Shown one piece after another: positions 40,750 through 54,152 of a stretch of DNA of 64,000 bases. Position numbers and translations under genes: made by a program. Under the pieces are notes generated by a model. The model was not told the DNA's origin. It saw only the letters and a program-made list of their open reading frames with translations, and made no database searches. Each line of letters opens with the position of its first letter. Position 1 is the first letter of the stretch. The stretch lies in contig OX597820.1 of the NCBI GenBank assembly GCA_951406725.2, forward strand, positions 21,204,001 to 21,268,000, in the 5' to 3' direction. Origin of the DNA: Octopus vulgaris. Its lineage: Eukaryota.

Positions 40750-41123
40750 GTATATATGTATATATATGTATATATGTATATATGTATGTATACTTTATTT
40801 AAAGCAGCAGAAAATTCAACAAAAAAGGTTTTTTGTTGAATATATATATATTATATAATAGGGTTCAGCAAAAAAATTGCTTTACCACACACCGAACTTT
40901 TAGAAATAGCAACCAAAGAATTTAACTATTTTTTCTACTTTAAGAAAAGTCTCCCAGACAATGTATACTCGAAAACATTACACGTGGGTGTGTGGCAAAG
41001 CAATTTTTTTGCTGAACCCTATTATATAAAATAATGTTTAAATTTAGCGTTAAATGGTCCTTTTACATACTGAACACTGCTTGGTAAAATTATTAATTAC
41101 TAATTAATTAATTAATTTTACCC

Positions 41124-41179
<56 letters not shown>

Positions 41180-41355
41180 TATATACATACATATAATGTT
41201 GCTTGCTTCCAATATATTAAGGTATTTACTTGTTAAAACAATATCAATTAATATTTGAAGCATTGATATCAACACTGATAATTACATATATATATATATA
41301 TAGATATATCTCACAAGAAACGAAGAATATTATCGTATGCATTTCTCTATATTAG

Positions 41356-41485
41356 AATTGAAAACTTGGAAGACTTGCAAACAAAAGGCCTCTACTTGAA
41401 TGACTTGAGCATGATTGATAACAGTCGTGATATGATAATGGTTGGTCACCAGCATGCATCCAACATGGAGTTGACTCTTGATCAG
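41356..41485 (+). CDS. sGC exon 4
   Basis: attag|(L)IENLEDLQTKGLYLNDLSMIDNSRDMIMVGHQHASNMELTLDQ|gtatat; 130 nt, phase 2-0; GLYLNDL motif. Confidence 0.93.
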
Positions 41486-42119
41486 GTATATGATATGAAA
41501 ATGACTTTCCAAAGTATATCAATGTTTTTATATATATCTATGTATACACATATGCACAGGTTTTAGTACTGCTGATATACATGAACATCTGACTATTACA
41601 TTCTTTTACTCTTTTACTTGCTTCAGTCATTTGACTGCAACCATGCTGGAACACTGCTTTTCGTCGAGCAAATCACCCCCAGGACTTATTCTTTGGAAGC
41701 CTAGTATTTATTCTATTGGTCTCTTTTGCCAAACTGCTAAGTTCCAGAGATGTAAACACACCAGCATCGGTTGTCAAGTGATGGTGGGGGGGACAAATAC
41801 AGACATACAAATATATACACACACATACATATATATATACATATATACGACAGGCTTCTTTCAGTTTCCATTTACCAAATCCACTCACAAGGCTTTGGTC
41901 AGACCAAGGCTATTGTAGAAGACACTTGTCCAAGGTGCCACGCAGTGGGACTGAACCCTGAACCAATTGGTTGGTAAGCAAGCTACTTACCACACAGCCA
42001 CTCCTGTGCCAATAATCATAAGATTTATTTAATATCTAGTTATTGCATTTGTGTATATTAAGCCATACTGAATTACAAATATTGATCTTGGCAATGCTTT
42101 TCATATAATATTCCAAGAT

Positions 42120-42490
42120 ACATCACATGGATACATCGCATGGATGCATCATCAGTGATATTTTGGGGATTTCAAGGGGTTTTGGGGATTTCATCTGACT
42201 CCCTCACCCAGTTGAGCCCCACCCAGCCTGCACCCAACTAGTCTGCCCTCTTTATTCAAAGCCCTCCTGCGACCATCTCTGCAGTTTCATTGATGGAATT
42301 CACAGCCCTCCTCTTTGTTGCACCTGTAACTCTAAGTCTAAGTCTGGTGAGAGCTTTGCAGAATGAACACCCCACGACACTCAAGCAAACCACATCAGTT
42401 GTCTCATAATGTGCCTGCCAGCCCTGGTTTCTACACTGCTCAACCAATTCCTAGTATTGGGCAAGCTTTCAATAATGAGTCAGTTCCCAC
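42120..42490 (-). mobile_element. 3' remnant of a HERO-like (R2 group) non-LTR retrotransposon
   Basis: Degenerate RLE-region peptide ELVEQCRNQGWQA...GATKRRAVNSINETAE; 3' end ...atcactgatgatg. Confidence 0.6.
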
Positions 42491-43561
42491 ATGATCACCT
42501 GTGCGGTGCCATTATGTATATTAAATACTGTCTCATCTTCTATGATTCATAGAATCCCTCACCCAGTTACTACAGCTTGTAAACGAATGGCATCACAGCA
42601 TTCTCCCAGGAATGGAAAACCAGTCCATTTTAGAGTTACTCATTTACAGCTGAGCAGATTGGAGCAATATCAAATGAAGTGTTTTGCTCAAGAACACAAC
42701 GCACTTCCCAGTCCAAGAATTGAAACTATGAGCTTGGATTCATAAGTGCAACACACTTATGACCAGGCTGTGTGTTGTGTTCTTGAGCAAGACACTTTAT
42801 TTCACGTTGCTCCAGTTAACTCAGCTGTAGAAATGAGTTGTGACGTCACAGGTGTCAAGCTGTACCGACCTTTGCCTTTCCCTTGGATAACATCAGTGGT
42901 GTAGAAAGGGGAGGCTGATATGCATGGGCGACTACTAGCCTTCCACAAATACACCATCCAACTGTTTAGCATTCAAATTACTCTTTCAAATGTAATGCTT
43001 ATTTATGAACATCGTTTTGAATTAATCATGCATTATCTCAAAGTTCTGCAATTTCAAGAATAGGATTGTTTATTTTTAGAATGGCATTGTAGGGTAGGTG
43101 TGAGATGTTGGATCTGGCTGGTCTGAATGTAAAACAGTTAGAATATTTAGGCTGGACATAGCTAGTCTAAATGCTATAGGGTTAGAATCTGTGAATTGAT
43201 TGAGCATTTCTCAATAAGATGGTTGAATTACTGGAGTGTTACCCTATAAAATGAAGAGCCACTAGGTCATATAAAATCATGGATATTTTGCTATAATCAT
43301 GATCAAGGCACTTAAATTTCATTGAATCACTCTAACTAACTGTAAATAGTTGCCATGGTTAAGTAGTGCAAAAACTCTGTTTAACTTTTGTAGTACCTAA
43401 CTATGGTAACTGAAGAGTTACCATGGTTAACTGAAGAGTTACCAGAGCAGAGTTTGAGTTTGTTTGTTGAGCTTGGATCGAATTTTCCTATGAGCAAAAA
43501 ATACTAAATTTATCATGGAGACCCTATGATTGAATATGTTATGAGCATAAGCATCACTTAA

Positions 43562-43777
43562 CCCTTTTGTTACTGTATTTTGAGATGCTCTGTATTTCTT
43601 TCAATTACTTTAAATATAACAAAGAATTTAGTAAAATAACTTAGTTATCATTCAGCTAGTGTTAGGAACATAAATTGTGACTAAGGTTTGGTGGAAGATT
43701 TTAATTCAAAACTTATGAAAACAAGACAATTGTACTCAGAGCCAGGGTAGGTTTCAGATGGGTTGGTAACGAAAGGC
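43562..43777. mobile_element. piggyBac-like MITE
   Basis: TTAA|cccttttgttac ... gtaacgaaaggc|TTAA. Confidence 0.85.
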
Positions 43778-43808
43778 TTAAGAATTGTTTCTCTATTATA
43801 TATTTTAA

Positions 43809-44027
43809 CCCTTTTGTTACCATATTTCTTTTGAGATGCTCTGTGTTTCTTTCAGTTACTTTTAAATATAACAAAGAATTTAATAAAATAACAGTTATCA
43901 TTCAACTAGTGTTAGGAACATAAATTGTTACTAAGGTTTGGTGGAAGATTTTAATTCAAAACATATGAAAACAAGACATTTGTACTCAGAGCCAGAGATG
44001 GTTTCAGCCGGGTTGGTAACAAAAGGG
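43809..44027. mobile_element. piggyBac-like MITE (second adjacent copy)
   Basis: TTAA|cccttttgttacca ... tggtaacaaaaggg|TTAA, perfect 14-bp TIR. Confidence 0.9.
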
Positions 44028-44053
44028 TTAATATACTATTTAAATTTTTTCAG

Positions 44054-44200
44054 ACCATTCGAAACATAAAGAAAACAAGCATCGTGAAGAAAAAAGCCAA
44101 AGAATACCAACAAGCCAGTAAGGATTTACTGTATTCTGTTCTTCCAAAGAATATTTGCATGAAGCTTGAAGCAGGATGTCCGATAGAGCAAACATGGCAG
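44054..44200 (+). CDS. sGC exon 5 (coiled coil / signalling helix)
   Basis: ttttcag|TIRNIKK...SKDLLYSVLPKNICMKLEAGCPIEQTWQ|gtgagt; 147 nt, phase 0-0. Confidence 0.92.
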
Positions 44201-44643
44201 GTGAGTAAAAACGTGTTGGATTATCAATGAAAGCAGGCATGGGTGGATGGTGGTGGTGGTGGAGTGGTGGTGGGTGAAAAGCAGAATCATTAGAGCATCA
44301 AATAAAATGCTTTATGATGTTTGTCCTGGCTTTTTATATTCAGAGGTTTGCCTTTTACCCTTTTGGGGTTGATAAAATAAAACATCAACTAAGCAGTGGA
44401 TTTGATGATAACAATCACATCTCCAAAATGTCAGGTCTTGTGTCTATCTTATAATACCTTTTACTCCTTTTGGCCACTATACTCTCAGAGTGGTTGGTGT
44501 TAGAAAGGGCATCCAACTGTAGAAACCTTGTCAGATCAGATTGGAGTCTGGTGCAGCCTTCTGGCTCACCAGTCCTCAGTCAAACCGTCCAACCCATGCC
44601 AGCATGGAAAACGAATGTTAAATGACAATGGTGATGATGTATG

Positions 44644-44684
<41 letters not shown>

Positions 44685-44985
44685 TGTGTGTGTGTGTGTA
44701 TAGTGAAGGTATGTGGGCAAGTGGCTAGAGTGTTGCACTCACTTGGTCTTATTTTAGGCCTATATCCATAGATCTAAAGTAATATATTTCAAAATGTCAT
44801 ATTTGAAATAGAGTTGAAGAAATATTTGTAACTACATAGCTCACAAACCTTGCCCCCATAAAACACAACGTGTCACTGTGAAACATGTTATTTAATCATG
44901 TTGTCATATCATATGAATTTGTTAACCTTGTTTCTTTTCTAGAATACATTGAAATGTTTAAAGTATTATCAATCTTTTACTGCAG

Positions 44986-45141
44986 ACAATAGAAAATGTG
45001 ACATTGATGTTTTGCTCCATTACACAATACAGCAGGTTTGTGGATATCAATAAAGCTAAAAATGTAAAAGACTTTGTGAAAATTATATGCGGAATCTTTG
45101 AATGGATTGATGAGATCATCAGTAGATTTAATGTTTTCAAG
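44986..45141 (+). CDS. sGC exon 6 (start of cyclase domain)
   Basis: tgcag|TIENVTLMFCSITQYSRF...IDEIISRFNVFK|gtaaga; 156 nt, phase 0-0. Confidence 0.92.
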
Positions 45142-45635
45142 GTAAGAAATATTTCTTGTCAGATTATGTTATTGTATTTTTTTAATATTTCTTTATTGCC
45201 CACAGGGGGCTAAACATAGAGGGGACAAACAAGGACAGACAAAGGAATTAAGTTGATTACATCGACCCACAGTGCGTAACTGGTACTTATCTAATCAACC
45301 CTGATAGGATGAAAGGCAAAGTCGACCTTGGCAGAATTTGAACTCAGAACGTAACGGCAGACGAAATACCTATTTCTTTACTACCCACAAGGGGTTAAAC
45401 ACAGTAGGGACAAACAAGGACAGACAAGCGGTTGAAGTCGATTACATTGACCCCAGTGCATAACTGATACTTATTTAATCGACCCTGAAACGAGGAAAGG
45501 CAAAGTTGACCTCAGCAGAATTTGAACTCAGAACGTTGCAGCAGACAAAATACGGCTATGCATTTCGCCCAGCGTGCTAATGTTTCTGCTAGCTCGCCAC
45601 CCTATTTCTTGTGTTCTTCTATCATTACAATAATC

Positions 45636-45763
<128 letters not shown>

Positions 45764-46334
45764 ATTTATGGCTGTGTGGTAAGAATTTTGTTTCCCAGCC
45801 ACATGGTTGCAGATTTGATCCCAATCCATGACATTTTAGGCAAATGTCTTCTACTATAGCCTCAAGTTGACCAAAGCTTCATGAGTGGATTTCGTAGCTG
45901 GAAACTGAAAGAAGCCCGTCATATGTATATATGTGCATCTTTGTGCTTGTGTTTGCTCCCACCACTGTTTGACCATTGGTATTGGTGTATTTACACCTCT
46001 GTAACTTAGCAATTCAGCAAAGGACACCTAACTTAGCGGTTCGGCAAAAGAGGCCGATAGAATAAGAACTAGGCTTACAATGAGTAAGTCCTGGGGGCAA
46101 TTTGCTCAACTAAAGGCAGTGCTCTAGCATGGCCACAGTCAAATGACTGAAACAAGTAAAAGAATATATATACATTCTGAGGTCAAATTTCGCTGAGGTT
46201 GACTTTGCCTCTCATCCTATTGAGGTCCATAAATTAAGTACTAGTGAATCACTGGGGTCAATGTAATTGACTGGTTCCTTCCCACCAAAATCCCAGGCCT
46301 TGTGCCTATAGTAGAAAGGATTATTATATTTATT

Positions 46335-46600
46335 TTAGAAAATGAATAGATGAATGTTGAAGTGATTTGGCCACATGGAGAGGAGGGATGAGGACCAAAT
46401 GGTAAAGAAGGTGATGAAGGCAGAAGTGGTAGGCAGCAGAACCAGAGGCAGACCATGATTTGTGTGGATGGATGGTGTGAGAAAAGATTTGGTGGTTAGC
46501 GGTGTTGGAGTGAGAGAGGCAAGAGGGTTTATAAATGATAGGAAAGCTTGGAGAGTATTAGAGGACGGATGAGTGGATTTGATGTTGCCCAAGGGGGTTC
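46335..46600 (+). mobile_element. Degenerate RTE-clade LINE 3' fragment
   Basis: FGHMERRDEDQMVKKVMKAEVVGSRTRGRP*FVWMDGV. Confidence 0.7.
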
Positions 46601-47937
46601 GGAGTGGAGGCACATGGCCTAGTGGTTAGAGCAGTGGACTCGCAGTCGAGGGATCGCAGGTTCGAATCTCAGACTGGGTGATGTGTGCATTTATGAGTGA
46701 AACACCTAAGCACCACGTGGCTCCAGCAGAAGATAATAGCAAAGCTGGGGCACCACTGTATACAATTGATTTATTGGTTACTATACAGAGTGACAGGTGG
46801 AGGCACATGGCCTAGTGATTAGAGTAGCGGACTTGTGGTCGAGGGATCGCGGGTTCGAATCTCAGACCAGGCGATGTGTGGGTTTATGAGTGAGACACCT
46901 AAGCACCCCACGGCTCTGGCAAAAGGTAATGGCGAACTTCTGCTGACTCTTTCGCCACAACTTTCTCTCACTCTAATCTCCTGCATCTTGCAGCTCACCT
47001 GCAACAGACCTTCGTCCCGTCCAAGTGGGGAACCTCTACACTAAGGAAACCGGGAAACTGGCCTTTATGAGCCAGGCATCGCTCAAGAAGGAAGGAAGGG
47101 GGTTCAGAACTAGCATGATGTGGTGGTGGTGGTGGGGGGGTAAACCAGCATATGTTGTCGGGCCCTGCTGATGATATTGGAGGTTGCATTCTATGCCTTG
47201 ACCCGAGCATAGGAAGGGGATCGCCTCTTTGAGGTGGGAAATGAATGGAATGCCTGGTGTGTCTTGTGGCTACCCCCTCTTAAAACGAATGGGGTATAGG
47301 CCGGGGTATATGTTTGTGTGTAACTTTAGAAAAACTGAAGCATGTCTTTGAGGAATTCCAGAGTGTATGGAACTTATTTTGTCTGTGACTTTTGACCCAC
47401 CCCATCTGTATATGCAGTATATAAACCCAGTTGTAGCTGTCAATGTGTCAGAATAATACAATTATGATTAGGAGGTTTAAATTCAGTCCGACACATTAAT
47501 GATGATGCCAAGTATAAGTAAATAGAGACATACAGACACACATAAATTGACACACACACACACACACATGTATTTATCTATGGTGTTACTAAGATGGCAA
47601 GTTGGCAGACTTGTTGGCATGCCGGTTAAAATGCATATCAGAATTTCAACCGTCTTCATGTTCCGAGTTCAAATTCTGGTGAGGTCAACTTTGCCTTTCA
47701 TGCGTTTGGGGTCTATAAAATAAATACCAGTCAAACACTAGGGTCAATGTAATCAACTCACCCCTCCCTTGAAATTGCTGGCCTTGTGCCAAAATTTGAA
47801 TGCACTCTATGGCATTATTTTTAAAAATATTTTTCATGGTTAATTCATGGCAAAAGTTTTACATTACATAGTATTATATAGAATATGTGTTTATGTATGA
47901 ATTTATATATATGTGTATATGTATATACATACATACA

Positions 47938-47997
<60 letters not shown>

Positions 47998-48056
47998 TGT
48001 ATATTACATCATCATCATCATCATCATCATTTAACATCCACCTTCCATGCTAGCAT

Positions 48057-48098
<42 letters not shown>

Positions 48099-48431
48099 AA
48101 TACATACATACATACATGCATACATACATTCACACACACACATATATGTAACGTGTGTGTATGTGTATGCATATGTATGTAGGGATATATAGATGTATTT
48201 GTATGTATGTATGTATGTATGTATGTATGTATGTATGTATGTATGTATGTATGTATGTATGTATGAATATATGTATGTATGAATGTATGTACATGCATTC
48301 TTATGTATGTAAATATGTAAGTTTGATTAACATAAGCTGACATGTAATCAGTCATTTTCTTGAGTGTTAAGATAAATGCATGAAGTGAATTCTTTAGAAT
48401 GACATATTCTCTTTTCTGTGGCATTTCAAAG

Positions 48432-48591
48432 GTGGAAACCAAAGAGAATGATGGATTGTGTCTGATAGCAGGAGGCCTTGATGGTAATTCTGATAATACA
48501 AGTGATGTTGCTAGATGTGCCCTTGCTCTTGTGAATAGCAACAATACCAGCACTGATAAAGGATTTGATGAGAACCTCACTTTTGAAATTG
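48432..48591 (+). CDS. sGC exon 7 (cyclase domain)
   Basis: tcaaag|VETKENDGLCLIAGGL...ENLTFEI(G)|gttagt; 160 nt, phase 0-1; joins exon 6 to give the KVET motif. Confidence 0.88.
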
Positions 48592-48642
48592 GTTAGTTGG
48601 CATTTTAAAGCAATCAGTGTCTATATCTTTTACTGGGATATA

Positions 48643-48859
48643 TAAGGGGCTGCTGAAAAGTTCCTGGCTTTGGGTGAAAGAAAATACAGGAGGATCAGTT
48701 AATTGTGATTTTATTTAGAATATTCCCCTCTCAGAATCACACATTTATTGCAGCAGTCCTTCAGTTTTTCTAAGCCCTGTAAGAGAATTCAGAAGGTTAG
48801 GCCTCCAACCTGGCCTTTTGTGATAACCTTAAAGCCAGGAACTTTTCAGCAACTCCTCA
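48643..48859. mobile_element. mariner-type MITE
   Basis: TIR gctgaaaagttcctggcttt / aaagccaggaacttttcagc, TA flanks. Confidence 0.8.
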
Positions 48860-48884
48860 TACACACACACACACTCACATACAC

Positions 48885-48925
<41 letters not shown>

Positions 48926-49056
48926 TGCACACATATGCGCACACACAAACACACTCTCACACACACATACATACACAAACACACTGACACACAGATACAC
49001 AAACCCACTCACTCACAAACACACATATACATACAAACACACATACACATTCACTC

Positions 49057-49087
<31 letters not shown>

Positions 49088-49329
49088 AACACACTCACTC
49101 GCACACACATATACAGACACACACATTCTCACACACAAACACACTCACTCACACACACACACACACATATGCACACACAGGTGATCAAATGAAAGGAAGT
49201 AGAACTTAACACCTGTTGTTGGAGTTATAAGTACAAATAAATTGATTCTAAATTGCTTTCTTACCTGAGCACATTTATTTCAGTAATCTATGTTTTCATT
49301 GCTCTTCTCTCCTCTGTCTCTCTTTTCAG

Positions 49330-49439
49330 GCATGGACTTTGGAAGTGTTGTTGCTGGAGTTGTAGGTTTAAAGAATTACCAATATTGTTTATTTGGGGAT
49401 GTTGTAAATACTGCTTCAAGAATGGACCACAATAGCCTC
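49330..49439 (+). CDS. sGC exon 8 (cyclase core)
   Basis: tttcag|(G)[36 protein letters not shown]|gtgagt; 110 nt, phase 1-0. Confidence 0.95.
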
Positions 49440-50084
49440 GTGAGTATGAACTATGCAACATTTTAGCAAGGATATGACATGGTGGGGTGCAACAAATAGT
49501 AATAAACTAAATGATTCTACATTTGTTTCAATGATGATGCTTCAGTTTTTCCTTGAAATAAAATAGCTGTTCATTGAATTAATATTTAACTGGCTGTGTA
49601 TCCCCTAGAGACATGATACATTTAATGTAATTCTCAGGCAGAGTCAGTGTGACACAATATATAACACAGATGGACCCTTGAATTACAGATACAATCCATC
49701 AGACAGGCTTCTTCACAATTTCCATCTACATAGTTTCATTCACAATGGTTAGGTTGATCCAAAGTAATGGTAAAAGACACTTACCCATCATGCCATGCAG
49801 TGAGATTGAATGTGAGACCATGTGATTGGGAAGAGAATTTCTGAATTTCTTTCCCACTTAGCCTTTATTTAGCTTCAGGCAGTGAATAATACTAATGTGA
49901 ATCACTCATGTTAGGTTTAATTAGAGCACAAAATTATATAAGTAAAACATCTATTGATTGATGTAGTTTTTTTTTTTCTGAAACTAATCAATGATGATGA
50001 TGATGATGATAATCAATTTTTCAATGTCATTCTTTTCATGTAAAATATAACACTTAGCTTCTGCAAAGCCAGCATCATACCATA

Positions 50085-50738
50085 GAATAGGAAACCATGA
50101 TGGTCCTCTGGAGGACACTTGTTCTAAGCCACTTTGACTATTGCTATCAGCCATGGTCACCAACCAGTGTCAAATTAATCTCAGAACTTGAGGCAATCCA
50201 ACGAAGCTACATGAAGAAGATAGCCTCTGTGCAGCATATAAGCTATTGGGGAAGACTCAAGAGATTAAGACTTTATTCCTTAGAGTGTAGGTGAGAAACA
50301 CATGCCATAATATACATCTGGAAGATCCTGGAAAGATTTGTCCCAAACTTTGGCATCGAGAGTTACACAAATATTAGAACTGAGCACCACTGCATAGTGC
50401 CAAGGACTCCAAATTTGCCATCAAGATGTAGGACAATGTAGGACAAGATACTGCAATAGCCTGGGTTTTAGAGGTCTACAGCTCTTCAATATCCTCCTGA
50501 AGGACCTGAGAAACCTTCATGGGGTGGATGTAGGTGTCTTCAAAATAAAGCTGGACCTCTTCCTGTCAGGTGTCCCAGATGGACCAACTTCGCGACAGGA
50601 GGTGCAGATGAGGGCAGCTGCATCAAACTCTCTCATGCACCAAATGGCAATTGCTAAAAAGCATTTGTGAAGTAAAATTATGTAGCAACACCAAATGGTG
50701 GTGCCCCAGCATGGCCATAGCTCATGAACTGAAACTAG

Positions 50739-50742
<4 letters not shown>
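50085..50742 (+). mobile_element. 5'-truncated CR1-group LINE remnant with 3' tail shared with SINE A
   Basis: LVLSHFDYCYQPWSP...LEAIQRSY...SYWGRLKRLRLYSLECR; ends gtgccccagcatggccatagctcatgaactgaaac. Confidence 0.75.
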
Positions 50743-50780
<38 letters not shown>

Positions 50781-51104
50781 GATTTGCTTGTGGGTTGTTG
50801 AACAACCTTCTGTAATTTACCCTTTTTGATAGCAACCAGCTTGAGGCTGTCCAGAACCATGTAGTTTAGAAGCAAAATTCTTACTGTGTAGCCATGCCAA
50901 CAGACATTAAATGATGATGAGGATCCACATTGTAATCTTTGCCAGGAGTTGCTGTGTGGTAAGTAGCTTACTTACCAACAACATGGTTCTGGGTTCATTC
51001 CCACTGTGTGGCACCTTGGGAAAGTGTCTTCTACTATAGCCTCAGGACGACCAAAGCATTGTGGGTGGATTTGGTTGACAGAAACTGAAAGAAGCCTGTT
51101 GTAC

Positions 51105-51156
<52 letters not shown>

Positions 51157-51475
51157 GTATGTATGTGTATGAATATGTTTGTGTCTGTGTTTGCCATCCA
51201 ATATAGCTTGACAACCGATGGTGGTGTGTTTACATCCCTGTAACTTAGCGGTTTGGCAAAAAGAGACTGATAGAATAAGTGCTAGGCTTCCAAAGAATAA
51301 GTCCTGGGGTCGATTTACTCGACTAAACGTGGTACTCCAGCATGGCCACAGTCAAATGACTGAAACAAGTAAAAGGGTAAACGAGTAAAAGAGTATATAC
51401 TCTATTTTGTAAAACCATAAAAACTATAAAATTAAATAATGGATTTCTAATAAACACATTTGCTTATTCTTACAG

Positions 51476-51565
51476 CAAGGGAGAATCCAAGTTACTCAAC
51501 AGTGTAAACAAAGACTCAATCCAAATGAATTTGTTACATGTCCAAGAGGAACAATACGAATAAAA
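51476..51565 (+). CDS. sGC exon 9 (near end of cyclase domain; the following exon was not found)
   Basis: ttacag|QGRIQVTQQCKQRLNPNEFVTCPRGTIRIK|gtaagt; 90 nt, phase 0-0. Confidence 0.92.
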
Positions 51566-52097
51566 GTAAGTTAAATGCTTCAGTTAATTTTTCTAATGGT
51601 TGATCAAAAATAAATTACCTGTTACATCTTTAACAGGTAATTTGTAATTACCTGTTTTTTACATCTTTTACATCTTTAACATCTTTTACATCTTTAGCAT
51701 CTTTTACATTTTACATCTTTAACAGGTTAAAGATGTAAAATTACATCTTTAACCCTTTCGATACCAGCTTACTTCCTTCCAGCCCACCCTTGGCTCTATG
51801 ATAGAAACTTCACTGTTTTAAGAGATGTAATCTAAATTAAAACTGTCCATCAAAATTTCACATCAATTTATATTCTAAACACCAGTTTCATCATCATTGT
51901 CGTCATCATCATCATCATTATCATCATCATCATTGTCATCATCTTCATCGTCGTCATCATCATTATCATTTAATGTCCACTTTTCCATGCTTGTATGGGT
52001 CAGATGGAATTTTTGCTGAGGCAGAGTTTCTTATTTCTTTATTGCCTACAAAGGGCTAAATATAGAAGGGACAAACAAGGACAGACAAAGGGATTAA

Positions 52098-52318
52098 CCC
52101 TTTAGCATTTAAACCGGCCATATCCGGCCAAAAGTATTCTACCTGTTTTTTGTTCAAACTGGCCAGATCTGGTCTCTCACACCAGCCCTACAATATTGTT
52201 TGAAAAATTAACAGCTACCTCATCAAAATCTCATAGCTACAAGATAATGTCTGATTAGTTCAAGGCAGTGTGGATAAAAAAGGATTAATTTTGGCAGAAT
52301 AATGCGAACACTAAAGGG
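52098..52318. mobile_element. piggyBac-like MITE (second family) inserted into a SINE-C copy
   Basis: TTAA|ccctttag ... ctaaaggg|TTAA splits the SINE-C sequence gggattaagtc; older inverted copy at about 42960-43185. Confidence 0.88.
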
Positions 52319-53261
52319 TTAAGTCAATTACAATGACCCCAGTGCATAACTGGTATTTAATTTATTGACCCCGAAAGCACACTCTGTAAAGTGGTTGGCA
52401 TCAGGAAGAGCATCCAGCAGTAGAAGCCACACCAAATTAGACTGGAGTCTGGTGCAGCTCGCCGCCAGCTCTGATTAAACTGTCCAACTTATGCCAGCAT
52501 GGACAACAGACGTTAAATGATAATGATAATGATGATGATATATACATACCGAACGTGGCCGATGCCAGCGCCGCCTTGGCTGGCTTCTGTGCTGATGGCA
52601 CATTAAAAGCACCAACCGATCATGGCCGATGCCAGACTCCCCTGGCACGTAAAAAGCACCCACTACACTCGCGGAGTAGTTGGCATTAGGAAGGGCATCC
52701 AGCTGTAGAAACACTGCCAGATCAGACTGGAGCCTGGTGCAGCCCCTAGCTTCCCAGACCCCAGTTGAACCATCCAACCCGTGCTAGCATGGAAAACAGA
52801 CGTTAAATGATGATGATGATGATGATGATGATATACATACACACACACACACACACACACACTTTCTCTCTCTCTCTCTCACACACGCACACACAACAAT
52901 TCCTATCTACCAAATCCACTCACAAGGCTTTGTTTGTCCTGAGGCTTCAGCAGAAGACATTTAACCCAAAGTGCTATGCAGTGGGACCGAACTGAAGACC
53001 ACATAGTTGGGAAGCAAGGTTCTCAACCACACCACCATGCCCGAGCCTAGTTTAATAATGACAAAATTATTTTACTAAGTTCAACGCCCTTCCTGTCACA
53101 AACCATGTATCTGACTTTTAAGCAAGGAATGTTTTTCTGTGCTACTGGACTTCGAGAGCACAGAGTGACTTGTCATAATGTTAACAAACAATTGAAACGT
53201 TATATAATTGTTTCACACAGTGAGAAACAAGGTTATGGGATGTCAACATTTGCATATGCAG

Positions 53262-53264
<3 letters not shown>

Positions 53265-53295
<31 letters not shown>

Positions 53296-53378
53296 GCACA
53301 TTCACACACACGCACACACATTCACATGCATGCATGCGCACATACATAGTCACTCCCACTCCTACACACACATAGACA

Positions 53379-53410
<32 letters not shown>

Positions 53411-53681
53411 CACAAACACATACACAAATGCACACACACATGCGTGTACACAAACACACACAAACGTACAAACACAAGCACTCACAAATGCACACACACA
53501 CATACTCATGCACACACAAACATTCATACACATGTCCACACACACACACACAGTCACTCACACTCAAACACAAACATACACACACACACACACATGCACA
53601 CATGCACACACACACACACACACACACATGCATAGACACACACTCACACACACATGTACACACACATGCCTGCACACGTAT

Positions 53682-53715
<34 letters not shown>
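53265..53715. repeat. Imperfect (CA)n microsatellite
   Basis: Direct reading; similar tracts at 15890-16320, 45638-45755, 48860-49180, 61370-61570. Confidence 0.95.
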
Positions 53716-54120
53716 CAGGTTTCCATACATTTTTCATCTATGAATTCCACTCAGAAACCATTGAATGACTCAGAGCTGTAGCAGAAATCATCAGCTCCAA
53801 ATGCCAGGCAGTGGGATTGATCCTAAGACCTCATGGTTCGAAAGTGAACTTCTTAACCCTGCAACCATTCCTGCCCTTATCATCATTATTCAACACCTAC
53901 TTTTCCATGCTTGAATGGGTCAGACAGAATTTGCTGAGACAGATTCTCTATGGCTGGGTGCCTTTCCTGTCACCTACCATCACCTGTTTCTAAACAAACT
54001 AATATTTTCCCAAGGCTGGCCCATGAAAGAGCGGAAATAAAAAGCATTGCTGGTATGATGGTGATTCTCACTCACCTGACCCACAAAATGTCAAGACAAA
54101 ATTCCACAGAAACAGGCACG

Positions 54121-54152
<32 letters not shown>

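Noticed and set aside
46606-46680. Possible tRNA genes (also 8202, 12675, 46797)
   Set aside because: tRNA-derived SINE heads that continue into SINE bodies; no proper acceptor stem or terminator
47170-47245. CTGATGA...GAAA with internal hairpins
   Set aside because: No closing stem I/III or UH site; not accepted as a hammerhead
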